The translations under genes and the position numbers were made by a program. From assembly GCF_006345805.1 (NCBI RefSeq), contig NW_021835154.1, positions 1 through 41,875 of the forward strand: a stretch of DNA of 41,875 bases. Reading direction: 5' to 3'. Source of the stretch: Octopus sinensis (Eukaryota). Under the pieces are notes generated by a model. The model was not told the origin of the DNA. It made no database searches and was given only the letters and a program-made list of their open reading frames with translations. Of the stretch, positions 11,777 through 22,989 are shown piece after piece (position 1 is the stretch's first letter; every line of letters begins with the position of its first letter).

Positions 11777-13132
11777 ATTTCAAAGAAGTGTTAATTCAAA
11801 CGCTATTGCCACAGTTATATTCAATTATTGTTTACTGTTACCAAATTCTGAAGTAACTTACGTCTCCTCCCCACCTTTAAGACTTAAGAAACTATGGCAT
11901 GTGTCTTTTCCTTAAACAATGAATTTGTAGAATTATTAGAATATTGGATAAAAAGCTACCAGCATTCACGGACCTTTTCGTTACGAGTTCAAATCCCGCA
12001 GAGACGAACTCTGCGTTTTATCTATTCTTCCTAAGATATTAAAACAGAAGACGCTATTGTTCGGTCTCATGTCTACCCGCATAAAACGTAGCTTGTAATC
12101 CAAGGTATTCTGGATATGGCCACCCTGTCTTTATATATATCAGGAACTGCATTGTACTTCTTTTTTTAAACGATAGGGTAATAATTGAAGAAGATTTGGT
12201 TTCTAATAGGTCGAGGAAATGTCTTGCTATGTTGCTGTTTTTGTCAATGATGAAATTATTTATCCTTAGGTCATTCTCGATTGAGCATATCAAAGGCGTT
12301 CCAGCCATGACCATCTCGAATTTTTATATATCAGAGACTATTATTGTTATTGTATTCTAGTTTTTTTAATTTTAAGACGGTAAGATTAGATTTGAGTGAG
12401 GTTTAGTTGTTATTTCTAGTAAGGCTAGTTACCATGTAGAAGTTCCCTCTATGTGTCATGTTTATGTTGTGGTACTTTGACGTCCAAAGAGTTCTTCACT
12501 ATGTTGGCAACATGGTTGGCAGAAATCACCTCAGGGGCGCGTTCTGCAATAGTGGTCCTGCGTTTCCTTTTTATTTTTTAACCCCCAGGTTTTTATTTAT
12601 TTATTTATCTATCTTCTATGCTATGAGTCAGGAGGACCTAGATAAGGTCTCCGCAACATATGCCTCCTCGCAGGCCACATCTACCCTGCTGGGAATCTCC
12701 ACGCAGATTGCTTTCAGTGATCTGAGTAAAAAAAAAATATTTGTTTATCAGAAAAATCAAAAGATAAGTTTAAGAAAAAAAAACGTTACGGATAGGAAGT
12801 GATTTCACTACACATGAGTGCGGAAATTAAAGTTAAACATCAGAATAGAAGTCCCACCTAAAGTTCTCCCTTTGGTAATCATAATAAATACTTCCTCAAA
12901 AATAGGGAGTGTTCATTTAGTCTAGATTGATGTTCACAGCACTGCTTTTTTTTTTTTTTATAGAAACATAGATAAGAATTGTCCCCAGTTAGATCAGCTG
13001 TATCTTAATACACGCTTTTTATTTTTTGCTGACTTTGGACATATTTTTAGCTTTGGATACAAATTTATATGAAACTGATAATAAAAGCAAAGCAATTCTG
13101 GAAAATTCTAAAATATTCTCGAGTAAGGAGGA

Positions 13133-13541
13133 GGAGGAGTGGCTGTGTGGTAAGTAGCTTGCTAACCAACCACATGGTTCCGGGTTCAGTCCCACTGCGT
13201 GGCATCTTCGGCCAGTGTCTTCTGCTATAGCCCCGGGCCGACCAATGCCTTGTGAGTGGATTTGGTAGATGGAAACTGAAAGAAGCCTGTCGTATATATG
13301 TATATATGTATATAAGTGTGTGCGTATATGTGTGTCTGTGTTTGTCCCCCTAGCGTTGCTTGACAACCGATGCTGGTGTGTTTACGTCCCCGTCACTTAG
13401 CGGTTCGGCAAAAGAGACCGTTAGAATAAGTACTGGGCTTACAAAGAATAAGTCCCGAGGTCGATTTGCTCGACTAAAGGCGGTGCTCCAGCATGGCCGC
13501 AGTCAAATGACTGAAACAAGTAAAAGAGTAAAGAGAGAGAG
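13133..13541 (+). mobile_element. SINE family B, full length
   Basis: ggagtggctgtgtggtaagtagcttgctaaccaaccacatggttccgggttcagtccc ... ccagcatggccgcagtcaaatgactgaaacaagtaaaagag. Confidence 0.92.
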
Positions 13542-14059
13542 AGAGTAAGCGAAACATAAGCGAAACCGCTGAAAAGTGACTTATTAAATGTCGCTGTTAC
13601 AGATTTCTACGTTTAAGTAGTGAACAGCCTCATTTTGTTAAGCTATTGCGTTTGCATCGTAAAAAGCGAAAACATTTCTTACAGAAAAATATATATTTGA
13701 AAGTGATTGCAAATTGAAAATCCATTTCGAAAACACACACACACACACACACACACGCGCGCGTGCGTATGTCTTGGCTTTGTGGTCGCTTTGACGAGAA
13801 GTGAGCTGGTGTTGATTTTCCAGCTTTATGTAATAGTGCTGTTGATTAATTATGGATCGAATTCAGTGCAGAATTGACACGTCATTGTATAACATAATGC
13901 CAACTCATCAGGGTTGCGCGTGATCGAATTATGGATTACTATGAAAATACATAGTCCTCCATTCTTTTTTTGTGTCATTCACTCACACACACACACGTGC
14001 GCACGCACACACACACATATGTATCTATGTATGCATGTATGTATATATGTATGTATGTG

Positions 14060-14127
<68 letters not shown>

Positions 14128-14403
14128 CATACTATATAGACATACATATATATAATTAAAATAAGCAGCAAGGATATCCAGAGGTAATGCAGTACGATCG
14201 TTTCATGCGACTCCATTTAATTGAACAATGCAATCATTATACCAATTTAAAATGTAGAGCAATCTTCAGCTGCATAAAAAACATAGAATTTAATTAAATT
14301 TGAAGGACACATTAGTATAATTTTACCCAAAATCCACAAGAGGATAAGTAGATAGACAAAACATGTTTTACCAACAACATCACAGTTGTATATATATATA
14401 TAC

Positions 14404-14980
14404 AAAATTTAAAGGACTGACCACTAAAAGTGGACGGTCAACATTCTAGATATAGACGTCAAATCGCTATTTTCCACAAAGAATATGTTCTCAAATAAAA
14501 AAACTCAGCACAAACCAAAGCATTCAAAATAAGCAAGACAAATGAAAATATACGAAATAAAAATGATTACCTACGTACCGATCAGTTTCGATTGTTATTA
14601 TCCACGGTAGATTTCCGATCTCAGCGCACCAAAGTGAAGACATTTGAAAGAAACACATAAATATAATTGGATGGACTTTAGGCATGCGAGACTCCAGTCA
14701 AACGTTTTTGTATCTAGTCCTGCAAATTGTATTTCTATATGACAGACTATGCTGATGAGATTACAGGTATCCACATGCGTGGATAATAACAATCGAAACT
14801 GATCGGTACATAGATAATCATTTTTATTTCGTATATTTTCATTTGTTTTGCTTATTTCTAATGCTTTGGTTTGTGCTGAGTTTTTTTATTTGAGAACATA
14901 TTCTTTGTGGAAAATAGCGATTTGACGTCTATATCTAGCATGTTGACCGTCCACTTTTAGTGGTCAGTCCTTTAAATTTT
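14404..14980. repeat. Long inverted repeat (203-bp arms 14404-14606 and 14778-14980, 171-bp spacer), probable Penelope-like inverted pseudo-LTR structure
   Basis: aaaatttaaaggactgaccactaaaagtggacggtcaaca...ttattatccacg is the near-perfect reverse complement of cgtggataataac...tgttgaccgtccacttttagtggtcagtcctttaaatttt. Confidence 0.9.
14747..14813 (+). ncRNA. Type I hammerhead ribozyme (canonical core)
   Basis: Stem I CTATG/CATAG; core CTGATGA (14752-14758); stem II GATT/AATC capped by hairpin TATCCAC-ATGC-GTGGATA; GAAA (14795-14798); stem III ACT-GATC-GGT; cleavage triplet GTA with predicted cut after 14808. Confidence 0.8.
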
Positions 14981-15169
14981 CTATGTAAAAAAATTTTAAT
15001 CTTCGGAATTTTTTAATATGCTAGGCCACTGGTTTTAATTGATTAATATCAATCTCTACCCTTATTAAATTTTATATATATATAGTGTAATAAATATATA
15101 TGCATACATACAACATATATATACGTACCTACATCTACATGTATATATACATGCATATATAAATATATA

Positions 15170-15480
15170 TACGTGAGTACAGGACACCACAACTAGACGT
15201 AGAACTCAACGAGAAACGAAAAAGGAAAAACCAATGTTTTTAGAACAGAAAAACAGAGACGTAGAACTCAACGAGAAACGAAACGGAAAAAACATTTTTT
15301 TACAACAGAAAAACAGAGTACAGGACATACTACACAAGGAAAAATCCCCTATCATCAGCTGTCACTAGTTCGACTCTAGCGTGTTTCGAAGGCAAGGCAG
15401 GACACGACTCGCCAAACTAGTCCTTCATGCGAGAGAATTAAAATAAAATTACCTCGCAGAGGGGTAAACACAAGCAAGAA
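15170..15480 (-). repeat. Interspersed repeat with an internal tandem duplication of about 62 bp and a degenerate hammerhead-like remnant
   Basis: agacgtagaactcaacgagaaacgaaa occurs twice (about 15193 and 15256); minus strand ctct-cgcatgaagg...ccttcgaaacacgc-tagag. Confidence 0.4.
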
Positions 15481-15525
15481 AAAAAAAATCTATCTATATA
15501 TATATATATATATGTATATATATAG

Positions 15526-15905
15526 GGCAGGCGTGGTTGTGTGGTAAGAAGCCTGCTTCCCAACCACATGGATCCAGGTTCAGTCCCCACTGCGTGGCAA
15601 CTGGGGCGAGAGTCTTCTGTTATAGCCTCGGGCCGACCAAAACCTGTGAGTGGCTTTGGTGGACGGAAAGTGAAAGAAGCCCGTCGTATATATATATATG
15701 TGTGTGTGTGTTTGTATCCTTACCCACCATCACCGCTTCATAACCGGTGTTCTTATGTTTACGTCTCTGCAACTTAGCGGTTCGGTAAAAGTTAAAAGGT
15801 ACTGATAGAATAAGTACTCGGCTTAAGAAATAAGTCCTAGGGTAAACTCTTCAGTGCGGTGCTGCAGCATGGCCGTAGTCAAATAACTGAAATAAGTAAA
15901 AGAAT
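15526..15905 (+). mobile_element. SINE family B, full length, diverged
   Basis: Same head, internal (TA)/(TG) tract and tail as 13133-13541. Confidence 0.88.
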
Positions 15906-16240
15906 ATGATTAGTGACCAACGAGCAAATTCCTTTCTCCATTAACTATCAGGTCTCGAAGAGTGACAGAGCTAGGACGGGTGCAGTCCGCTCCGCATGAC
16001 ACTGTTATGAGGACGGCACTTTTGGGTCTGATGTACAAGCCTGTATTGGCTTGGGACCCGGGGCGGGGCCGCAAAGTGAAGGGCTGCAGCCGGTGACATT
16101 TATCTGCTAGTTTTAGCAGATCAAGCGACTGCATACGGGCTCACGCAATTGTCAGTTGTATAAGGTCGTGGTTGTGGTCGTGATGGTGAATGTGGCGGCG
16201 GTGGTTCAATGATTGGTGACCGTGGACAACTTTGGAAGAT

Positions 16241-16648
16241 ACTCTTTTTACTCTTTTACTTGTTTCAGTCATTTGACTGCGGCCATGCTGGAGCACCGCC
16301 TTTAATCGAGCAACTCGACCCCAGGACTTATTCTTTTGTAAGCCCAGTACTTATTCTATCGGTCTCTTTTGCCGAAACGCTAAGTAACGGGGACATAAAC
16401 ACACCAGCATCGGTTGTCAAGCAATGCTAGGGGTACGTAAACACAGACACACAAACAAACACACATACATATATATATATATACATATATACGACAGGCT
16501 TCTTTCAGTTTCCGTCTACCAAATCCACTCACAAGGCATTGGTCGGCCCGGGGCTATAGCAGAAGACACTTGCCAAAGATGCCACGGAGTGGGACTGAAC
16601 CCGTAACCATGTGGTTGGTTAGCAAGCTACTTACCACACAGTCACTCC
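16241..16648 (-). mobile_element. SINE family B, full length
   Basis: Reverse complement of B; begins with (ctttta)n tail. Confidence 0.9.
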
Positions 16649-16849
16649 TCAGAATTTGAAATAACGTACATAGTTTTAAATAATTCTGTTTTTGGATTTG
16701 GTTTGCAAGATTCTTTATATGAGTTCGTGTGTTGAAGCATATTCTGTTGTGTCTGGGAAGTGTCATTTAACACACGCACCGGTAAAATTTCCACTTATTT
16801 CTTATTTTTATTTTCCTAAAATAATTTATTCAGCTTATTAATACTGAAG

Positions 16850-17370
16850 CAGATTGGTTGGGCGGTGGTGAGGGAGCACGCTGGTCGGTAATTTGGTTGG
16901 ATAGCTGGCTGGTTGGCTGGCTGGTTGGCTGGTTGACTGAATGAACGTAGTTGTGACGATGGGGTGGTGAGGAAGGAGAGGTTGATGGTAACTGGTGATA
17001 GCAGTGAGATGAGAGAGGGCGAAAATAATTAAGATGTGGTGGTAGTGGTGGTGATGGTAGAAGGAGGAGGAGGAGGAGGAGGAGGAGAAAGAATGGAGAG
17101 ATGTTAGAACAGGTGAATAAAAAGAGGCGGAGGAGGAAAGAGTGATGGTGGTGGTGATGGTGGTAGTTAGGGAAGTGAGAAAGAGGTAAGAGTTGACAGT
17201 AGTGACGTTGGGTGGGTGGGGGGTGGTGATAGGTAAGGTGAGGAAAATGCCGAAGATTAGAAGGTCAGTAGGCGTAGAGTGGTGACAGAAGGGCGAAGGG
17301 GGGACGGTGCCGGCGAGAGGGAGGAGGGGTTGGTGTATGTGTATGTGTGTGTGTGGGGAGAGAAGAGTTC
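16850..17370. repeat. Purine-rich low-complexity region ((GGTT/GGCT)n, (GGT)n, (GGA)n)
   Basis: Direct reading. Confidence 0.8.
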
Positions 17371-17528
17371 AGTCTAAATATAACACTTTAACAACTCCCG
17401 GTGTCCCCTTCAAAACAGTTGATAATTGCCCTGGCGGCCCACCGGTTCAATAGGCATCCAGTGTAGACCAATAAATCAATAGCAGCAGCAGCAGCCGCAG
17501 TGGCAACTGTGACATACATAAGTGCTTT

Positions 17529-17585
<57 letters not shown>

Positions 17586-17614
17586 TATGTGTGTGTGAAA
17601 ATGCATAAATACGT

Positions 17615-18045
17615 ACTCTTTACTCTTTTACTTGTTTCAGTCATTTGACTGCGACGATGCTGGAGCACCGCCTTTTAGTCAAACAAATCGATCCCCAGGA
17701 CTTATTCTTTGTAAGCCTAGTACTTATTCTATCGGTCTCTTTTGCCGAACCGGTAAGTTACGGGGGCGTAAACACACCAGCATCGGTTGTCAAGTGATGT
17801 TGTGTGTGGGGAGGGAGACAAACACAGACACACAAACACACGCACATACATATATGTATGTATATATATATATACATACGACGAGCTTCTTTCAGTTTCC
17901 ATCTACCAAATCCACTCACAAGGCTTTGGTCGACCCGAGGCTATAATAGTAGAAGACACTTGCCCAAGGTGCCATGCAGTGGGACTGAACCCGGAACCAT
18001 GTGGTTCGTAAGCAAGCTACTTACCACACAGTCACTCCTATGCCT
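17615..18045 (-). mobile_element. SINE family B, full length
   Basis: Reverse complement of B consensus inferred from other copies. Confidence 0.9.
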
Positions 18046-18086
18046 ACGTACGAATACAAATAGAACATAAACTTGTACACAATACG

Positions 18087-18238
18087 GATCTTTTCACTTT
18101 GACCGACAGATTTTAAAAATAATTTCTTTGTAACTAAACCCTTTTAAACTTCGTATGCTGGTAGAATGTGTCACATAAAACATCTTTTTCTCTTGGCGTT
18201 CTTGAGAAAAGTATGTAGTTTGTAAGCTATTTCTTGTT
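18087..18238 (+). mobile_element. Truncated left end of the TIR element found complete at 32218-32659
   Basis: ggatcttttcactttgaccgacag...aaacttcgtatgctggtagaatgtgt...aaacatctttttctcttggc matches 32218-32370. Confidence 0.8.
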
Positions 18239-18239
18239 G

Positions 18240-18380
18240 GTGGTATTAGTTTAACGCTCAGGAAGTGAGAAAGTATTTAACGTTTCGAGTCGACGCTCTT
18301 CCACAGAAAGCAATACAGCAAGAAACAAGGAGAGAAAATAAAGAATGTGTAGTGACTAGCGACCTATCGTGGCGAATGCC
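18240..18380 (-). mobile_element. Second copy of the 8.6-kb repeat with minimal hammerhead-like motif (18275-18310)
   Basis: Minus strand CTTT CTGTGGAA GAGC gtcg ACTC GAAA CGTT AAAT; shares caagaaacaaggagagaaaataaagaatgtgtagtg with 8730-8770. Confidence 0.55.
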
Positions 18381-18648
18381 GGACAGAAAGGTCACACAGG
18401 AGAACTAGGGAGAAGGGGAGATAATAAAGTAGTGGTGATCCCAAAACGAAGTTGCGCGTGCGTGTGTATAAGAGAGTTTGTATGTACGTGTGGAAGGGGG
18501 CTGGTGATCTTGACGTGTGCATGTGTGTATGTGCAGGTGTGAAAACGTGGATCTGGGAAGTGGTCAGTGCTGATGTGTGCGTGGTGGTGTGGTGTGATGG
18601 TGTTGGGAGGTGGGGGAGGCGAGAGTGGGGTAAGCAAGGGTGGGGTAC

Positions 18649-18679
<31 letters not shown>

Positions 18680-18719
18680 AACACACACACAAACACACAC
18701 AAACGCACACACACATATA

Positions 18720-18860
18720 GTTCACAAAAAAGAAAAGACGAAGGCAGGTGAGGAAACAACGAGCAGGTGTATTAGTTTGGAAAATTCCTTGACGTTTCGA
18801 GCCAACGGTCTACGACAGAAAGGGTTGAGAGGAAAAGTGGAGAGTGAACGAGAAAAATAC
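18720..18860 (-). mobile_element. Related repeat with minimal hammerhead-like motif (18787-18824)
   Basis: Minus strand CCCTTT CTGTCGTA GACC gttg GCTC GAAA CGTC AAGG; flank gacgaaggcaggtg resembles gacgaagacaggtg at about 8618. Confidence 0.5.
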
Positions 18861-18977
18861 AACAGAGAAAGAGAGAGATAGAGAGAGAGTAAATGCGAAG
18901 GGATTAACGGTTCAAAATAATGAAAATAATATTTATATACATACATATATACATATATATATATATGTATAAATATG

Positions 18978-19020
<43 letters not shown>

Positions 19021-19256
19021 TGTATACTGAGAGAGAGAGAGAGAGAGAGTGAGAGCGGGAGAGTGAGATATGAAAATTGGTATTTTCCTGTCGTTTAAGT
19101 GAGTCATTTAACGAGAAACAGATTTTTAAATTTTCTTTTACTGTAATTCACTTTCGACATTTAATTTAATTTCAACTTATCATTATTAGCAAGCTTAATG
19201 TTTATACGCACACTTATATATGTGGCGTGGTAGGTAGGTGTATTAAGCATCTACAC

Positions 19257-19289
<33 letters not shown>

Positions 19290-19553
19290 ATATATATATA
19301 TATATTATATATATATATATATATATAATTATATATATATATATTATATATATATATATGTATGTATGTATCTGTATGTATACATACATATGCATGTATG
19401 TCTGAATAGCAAGACTGCTAGAGTGCATCTGAACTCGTTTAAACCAAATACAAGATCTCTAAAAGTACTGAACGAATAATAAAAATGTAAATTACTCGAT
19501 GCTAGGGCGGAATAAAATACGCAGATCCTCTGTTACACCCCTATTTAGAAACG

Positions 19554-19611
<58 letters not shown>

Positions 19612-19649
19612 GTGCTGCTACTACTACTAATGATAATATAAATGGTTTC

Positions 19650-19827
19650 ATATTTTCGCACAAGGCCAGCAATTTTGGGGGAGATGTAAGTCGATTACAT
19701 CGAACCCAGTGTTTCATTTTCACTGGTACTTGATTTATCGATCTCCTAAAAGGATGAAAGTCGATCTCGGACGAAATACCGCTAAGCATTCTGCCCGTCT
19801 TGCTAACGACTCTGCCAGCTCGTCACC

Positions 19828-19828
<1 letters not shown>
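19650..19828 (-). mobile_element. SINE family A copy
   Basis: Reverse-complement head ctgccagctcgtcacctt directly abutting (TAA)n. Confidence 0.85.
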
Positions 19829-20187
<359 letters not shown>

Positions 20188-20194
20188 TTTCAAT

Positions 20195-20378
20195 ATTTTG
20201 CCACAAGAGCAGCTTGAGGGAGGGGATTAACTCGTTTACATCGATCAGGTGCGTTACTCGAAAGGATGAAAGGCAAAGTCTACCTCGACAGAATCTGAAC
20301 TCAGAACGTAATGACGGGGTGAAAATACTGCTAAGCATTTCGTCCAGCGCGCTAGCGATTCTGCCAGTTCGCCGCCTT
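20195..20378 (-). mobile_element. SINE family A copy
   Basis: ctgccagttcgccgcctt head abutting (TAA)n. Confidence 0.87.
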
Positions 20379-20388
20379 AATAATAATG

Positions 20389-20420
<32 letters not shown>

Positions 20421-20422
<2 letters not shown>

Positions 20423-20747
20423 TACAGTACCAGTGATTGTAGGATCTCTAGGAATGATAAAAAAAAAGGGTACTGAAACCTATTTGAAAATGATTCCAGG
20501 CTTACCATCCCTACAGGAAGTGCAAAAAATCGTATGAACTGGAACGGCTCATGTACTGAGAAGAGCATTATCGCTGTGAAAACAACATCCATCCATGAAT
20601 TTATTTATTCATTAATTTTTAAATACATATTTTATCTGTGAATTTGTGCGTATAATCTGGGAATTCATACAATGAGCTTCTCTGCCCTAGGTGCATGGAA
20701 AACACTCGGCGAGAAACGGAAGAAAATTTGAAGAAAGAAGGGAAAAC
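20421..20747 (+). mobile_element. 3' fragment of an R4/Dong-like (RLE) non-LTR retrotransposon plus probable 3' UTR
   Basis: Translates TVPVIVGSLGMIKKKGTETYLKMIPGLPSLQEVQKIV*TGTAHVLRRALSL*, the typical C-terminus of R4-clade ORFs; bounded by (TAA)n on both sides. Confidence 0.75.
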
Positions 20748-21184
20748 ATAATAATAATAATAATAATAGGCCGCTGAGATATATTCATTTCTTCAGGATC
20801 GGTAGTGGATTCTTGATTTAGTACAAATTTAAAATGTTCAGTCTATCTTTTCAGAATTTCATCTTTGCCACTCAACAGTTTTGTTCTGTCGTTAGAAAGA
20901 AAAGGTTCTGTACCACCCTTTTTAAAAACTAAATACATTTCTCAGGTTTTCATACAATACTCTCAAGTTCTGAGAGTTGGCAGCCTGTTCCATCCAATTC
21001 ATGGGCTTTTTTTGCCTACAAGAATTTTTCTTCTCATACAGTTTTTTCTGTGTAGTTTTCTTAGAGGTGATATACAGGGATCGATATATAGTAATCGACT
21101 TAATCCGTTTGTCTGTCCTTGTTTGTTACCTCTGTGTTTCGCCCCTTGTGGGTAGTAAAGAAACAGATATATAGGGATCTGAGT

Positions 21185-22720
21185 GTTTGTCTGAGATCCA
21201 TGCCTTTGTGTCTCTTGTGCATACTTTCTAGCAGAGGTTTAATTTGAGAATCATTCTCATCGAACCAATCTTGGTGCTTGCGTTTGACGAATCCTAGAGT
21301 TTCTTCAGCAGTTGATTTGATGCTGTCACGAATATTGTGCCACAAAAATTCAAGGTCATCGCTTTCCTCTATATTCTCAAATTTTGAATTGAAACGCATT
21401 TCAAAATTTTTTGTCGTTTCTGGAATTTTTAGAGAAGAGGTAATTATTCTTGGATTTGTACTGGATCTCTGTGACCTCTTTGTTTGATTATGGTTTTACA
21501 AATACCTTACTGCGAACCATTCTGCGATCCGAGTAACAGCCGGGTGTTTTGTGAGTTCTGGTTAATTTGAAATCACTTCAATCCTTATTCTTGGTTATAA
21601 CATAGTCAAGCATGTACCAGTTATCAGATCGGGGATGATTACGCTTTTACTTGTTTCAGTCATTTGACTGCGGTCATGCTGGAGCACCGCCTTTTTGTCG
21701 AGTAAATCGACCCCAGGACTTATTCTTTGGAAGCCTAGTACTTATTCTATCAGTCTCTTTTCCTGAACCGCTAAGTTACGGGGACGTAAACACCCCACCA
21801 TTGGTTGTCAAGCAATGATGGGGGGACAAGCACAGACACACAAACATATACATACATACATATATATACATATATACGACGAGCTTCTTCCAGTTTCCGT
21901 CTGCCAAATCCACTCACAAGGCTTTGGTCGGCCCGAGGCTATAGTAGAAGACATTTGCCCAAGGTGCCACACAGTGGGAATGAACCCATAACTGTGTAGT
22001 TGGTAAGCAAGCTACTTACCACACAGCCACTCCTGCGCCTAAATGATTCTAAATGTTTTTTGTATTTATTTGCCTGCTGAAACACTGTGTTTGCGAATGT
22101 TAGACCAAACTGTTGACAAAAGGACAGCAATCCTAAACCGCTTTCATTCATCGCTTTTCCATGTTCCATGTTTTCCTGCTACTTTTGATCCCACTGTGTG
22201 TTTGTTACCCATTCTGGCATTAAAATCGCCTATCAGTATGGTTTTGTCATGGTATGGAATTTTACTGACAACTGTCTGCAGTTCGGAGTAGATGTTGTGT
22301 ATAGATGAGGGTTTATCTATTGGTATATAGAATGTAATGAGACGCTCATCAACAGCTTGAGGGATGGATGGCAATTTTCGAAGTAGAGTCGATTTAATGG
22401 CAAAGCCAGCACAATGAATTCTTAGTTCATTCGCCGGTTTTCCATTAAAAAAAAAAAACGGGGAAAAAAAAATTAAAGAAAAGAAAAAGAAAAAGGAAAA
22501 GAAAAATGTACAACCACTTCCAGCTTCTAATTCACCAGTGTCCGCAAGCCTGATTTCACTTAGAAGAGCAATATCAACGTTATAGGAGAGAATAACCTTC
22601 GCAATTATTGCAGTTTTTCGATCTAGGCTGTCTTTGCTGTTTTGTAAAGTTCTTACGACCAAAAATTAGCATGCTTCTTTTATTCCTTTCATCTTAATTT
22701 CGACTGCAATAGACTGAATG
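21185..22720 (-). mobile_element. Decayed RTE-clade LINE, APE endonuclease region and linker (pseudogenised, split by a SINE)
   Basis: Translations RKTAIIAKVILSYNVDIALLSEIRLADTG, ILIGDFNARMG, GLGLLSFCQQFGLTFANTVFQQANKYK and KRKHQDWFDENDSQIKPLL are RTE/BovB-type endonuclease and linker motifs; frameshifts, T-run expansion and SINE B insertion at 21645-22041. Confidence 0.85.
21645..22041 (-). mobile_element. SINE family B, full length, nested in the RTE remnant
   Basis: Reverse complement of B; interrupts the RTE reading frame. Confidence 0.9.
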
Positions 22721-22806
22721 GTTAGACATCTGCAGTTAATGCCAAGCTCTTTAATGTAACACATTTTTAATGATGATGGTGATGATGATGATGATGATGA
22801 TGATGA

Positions 22807-22860
<54 letters not shown>

Positions 22861-22989
22861 ATGATAATAATAATAATAATAATAATAACTATTAGAATGT
22901 AACCACCATAGGATTACGGAAATACCTACTTCAGAAGCAAGGAGAACTAATGCAAATAGCCACAAAGCACGAACAAAACAAAAAACTGT

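Noticed and set aside
13880-13910. CTGATGAG on the minus strand
   Set aside because: No GAAA and stem II/III partner at a compatible distance, so not a hammerhead; likewise ctgatga at about 27284 and 37338
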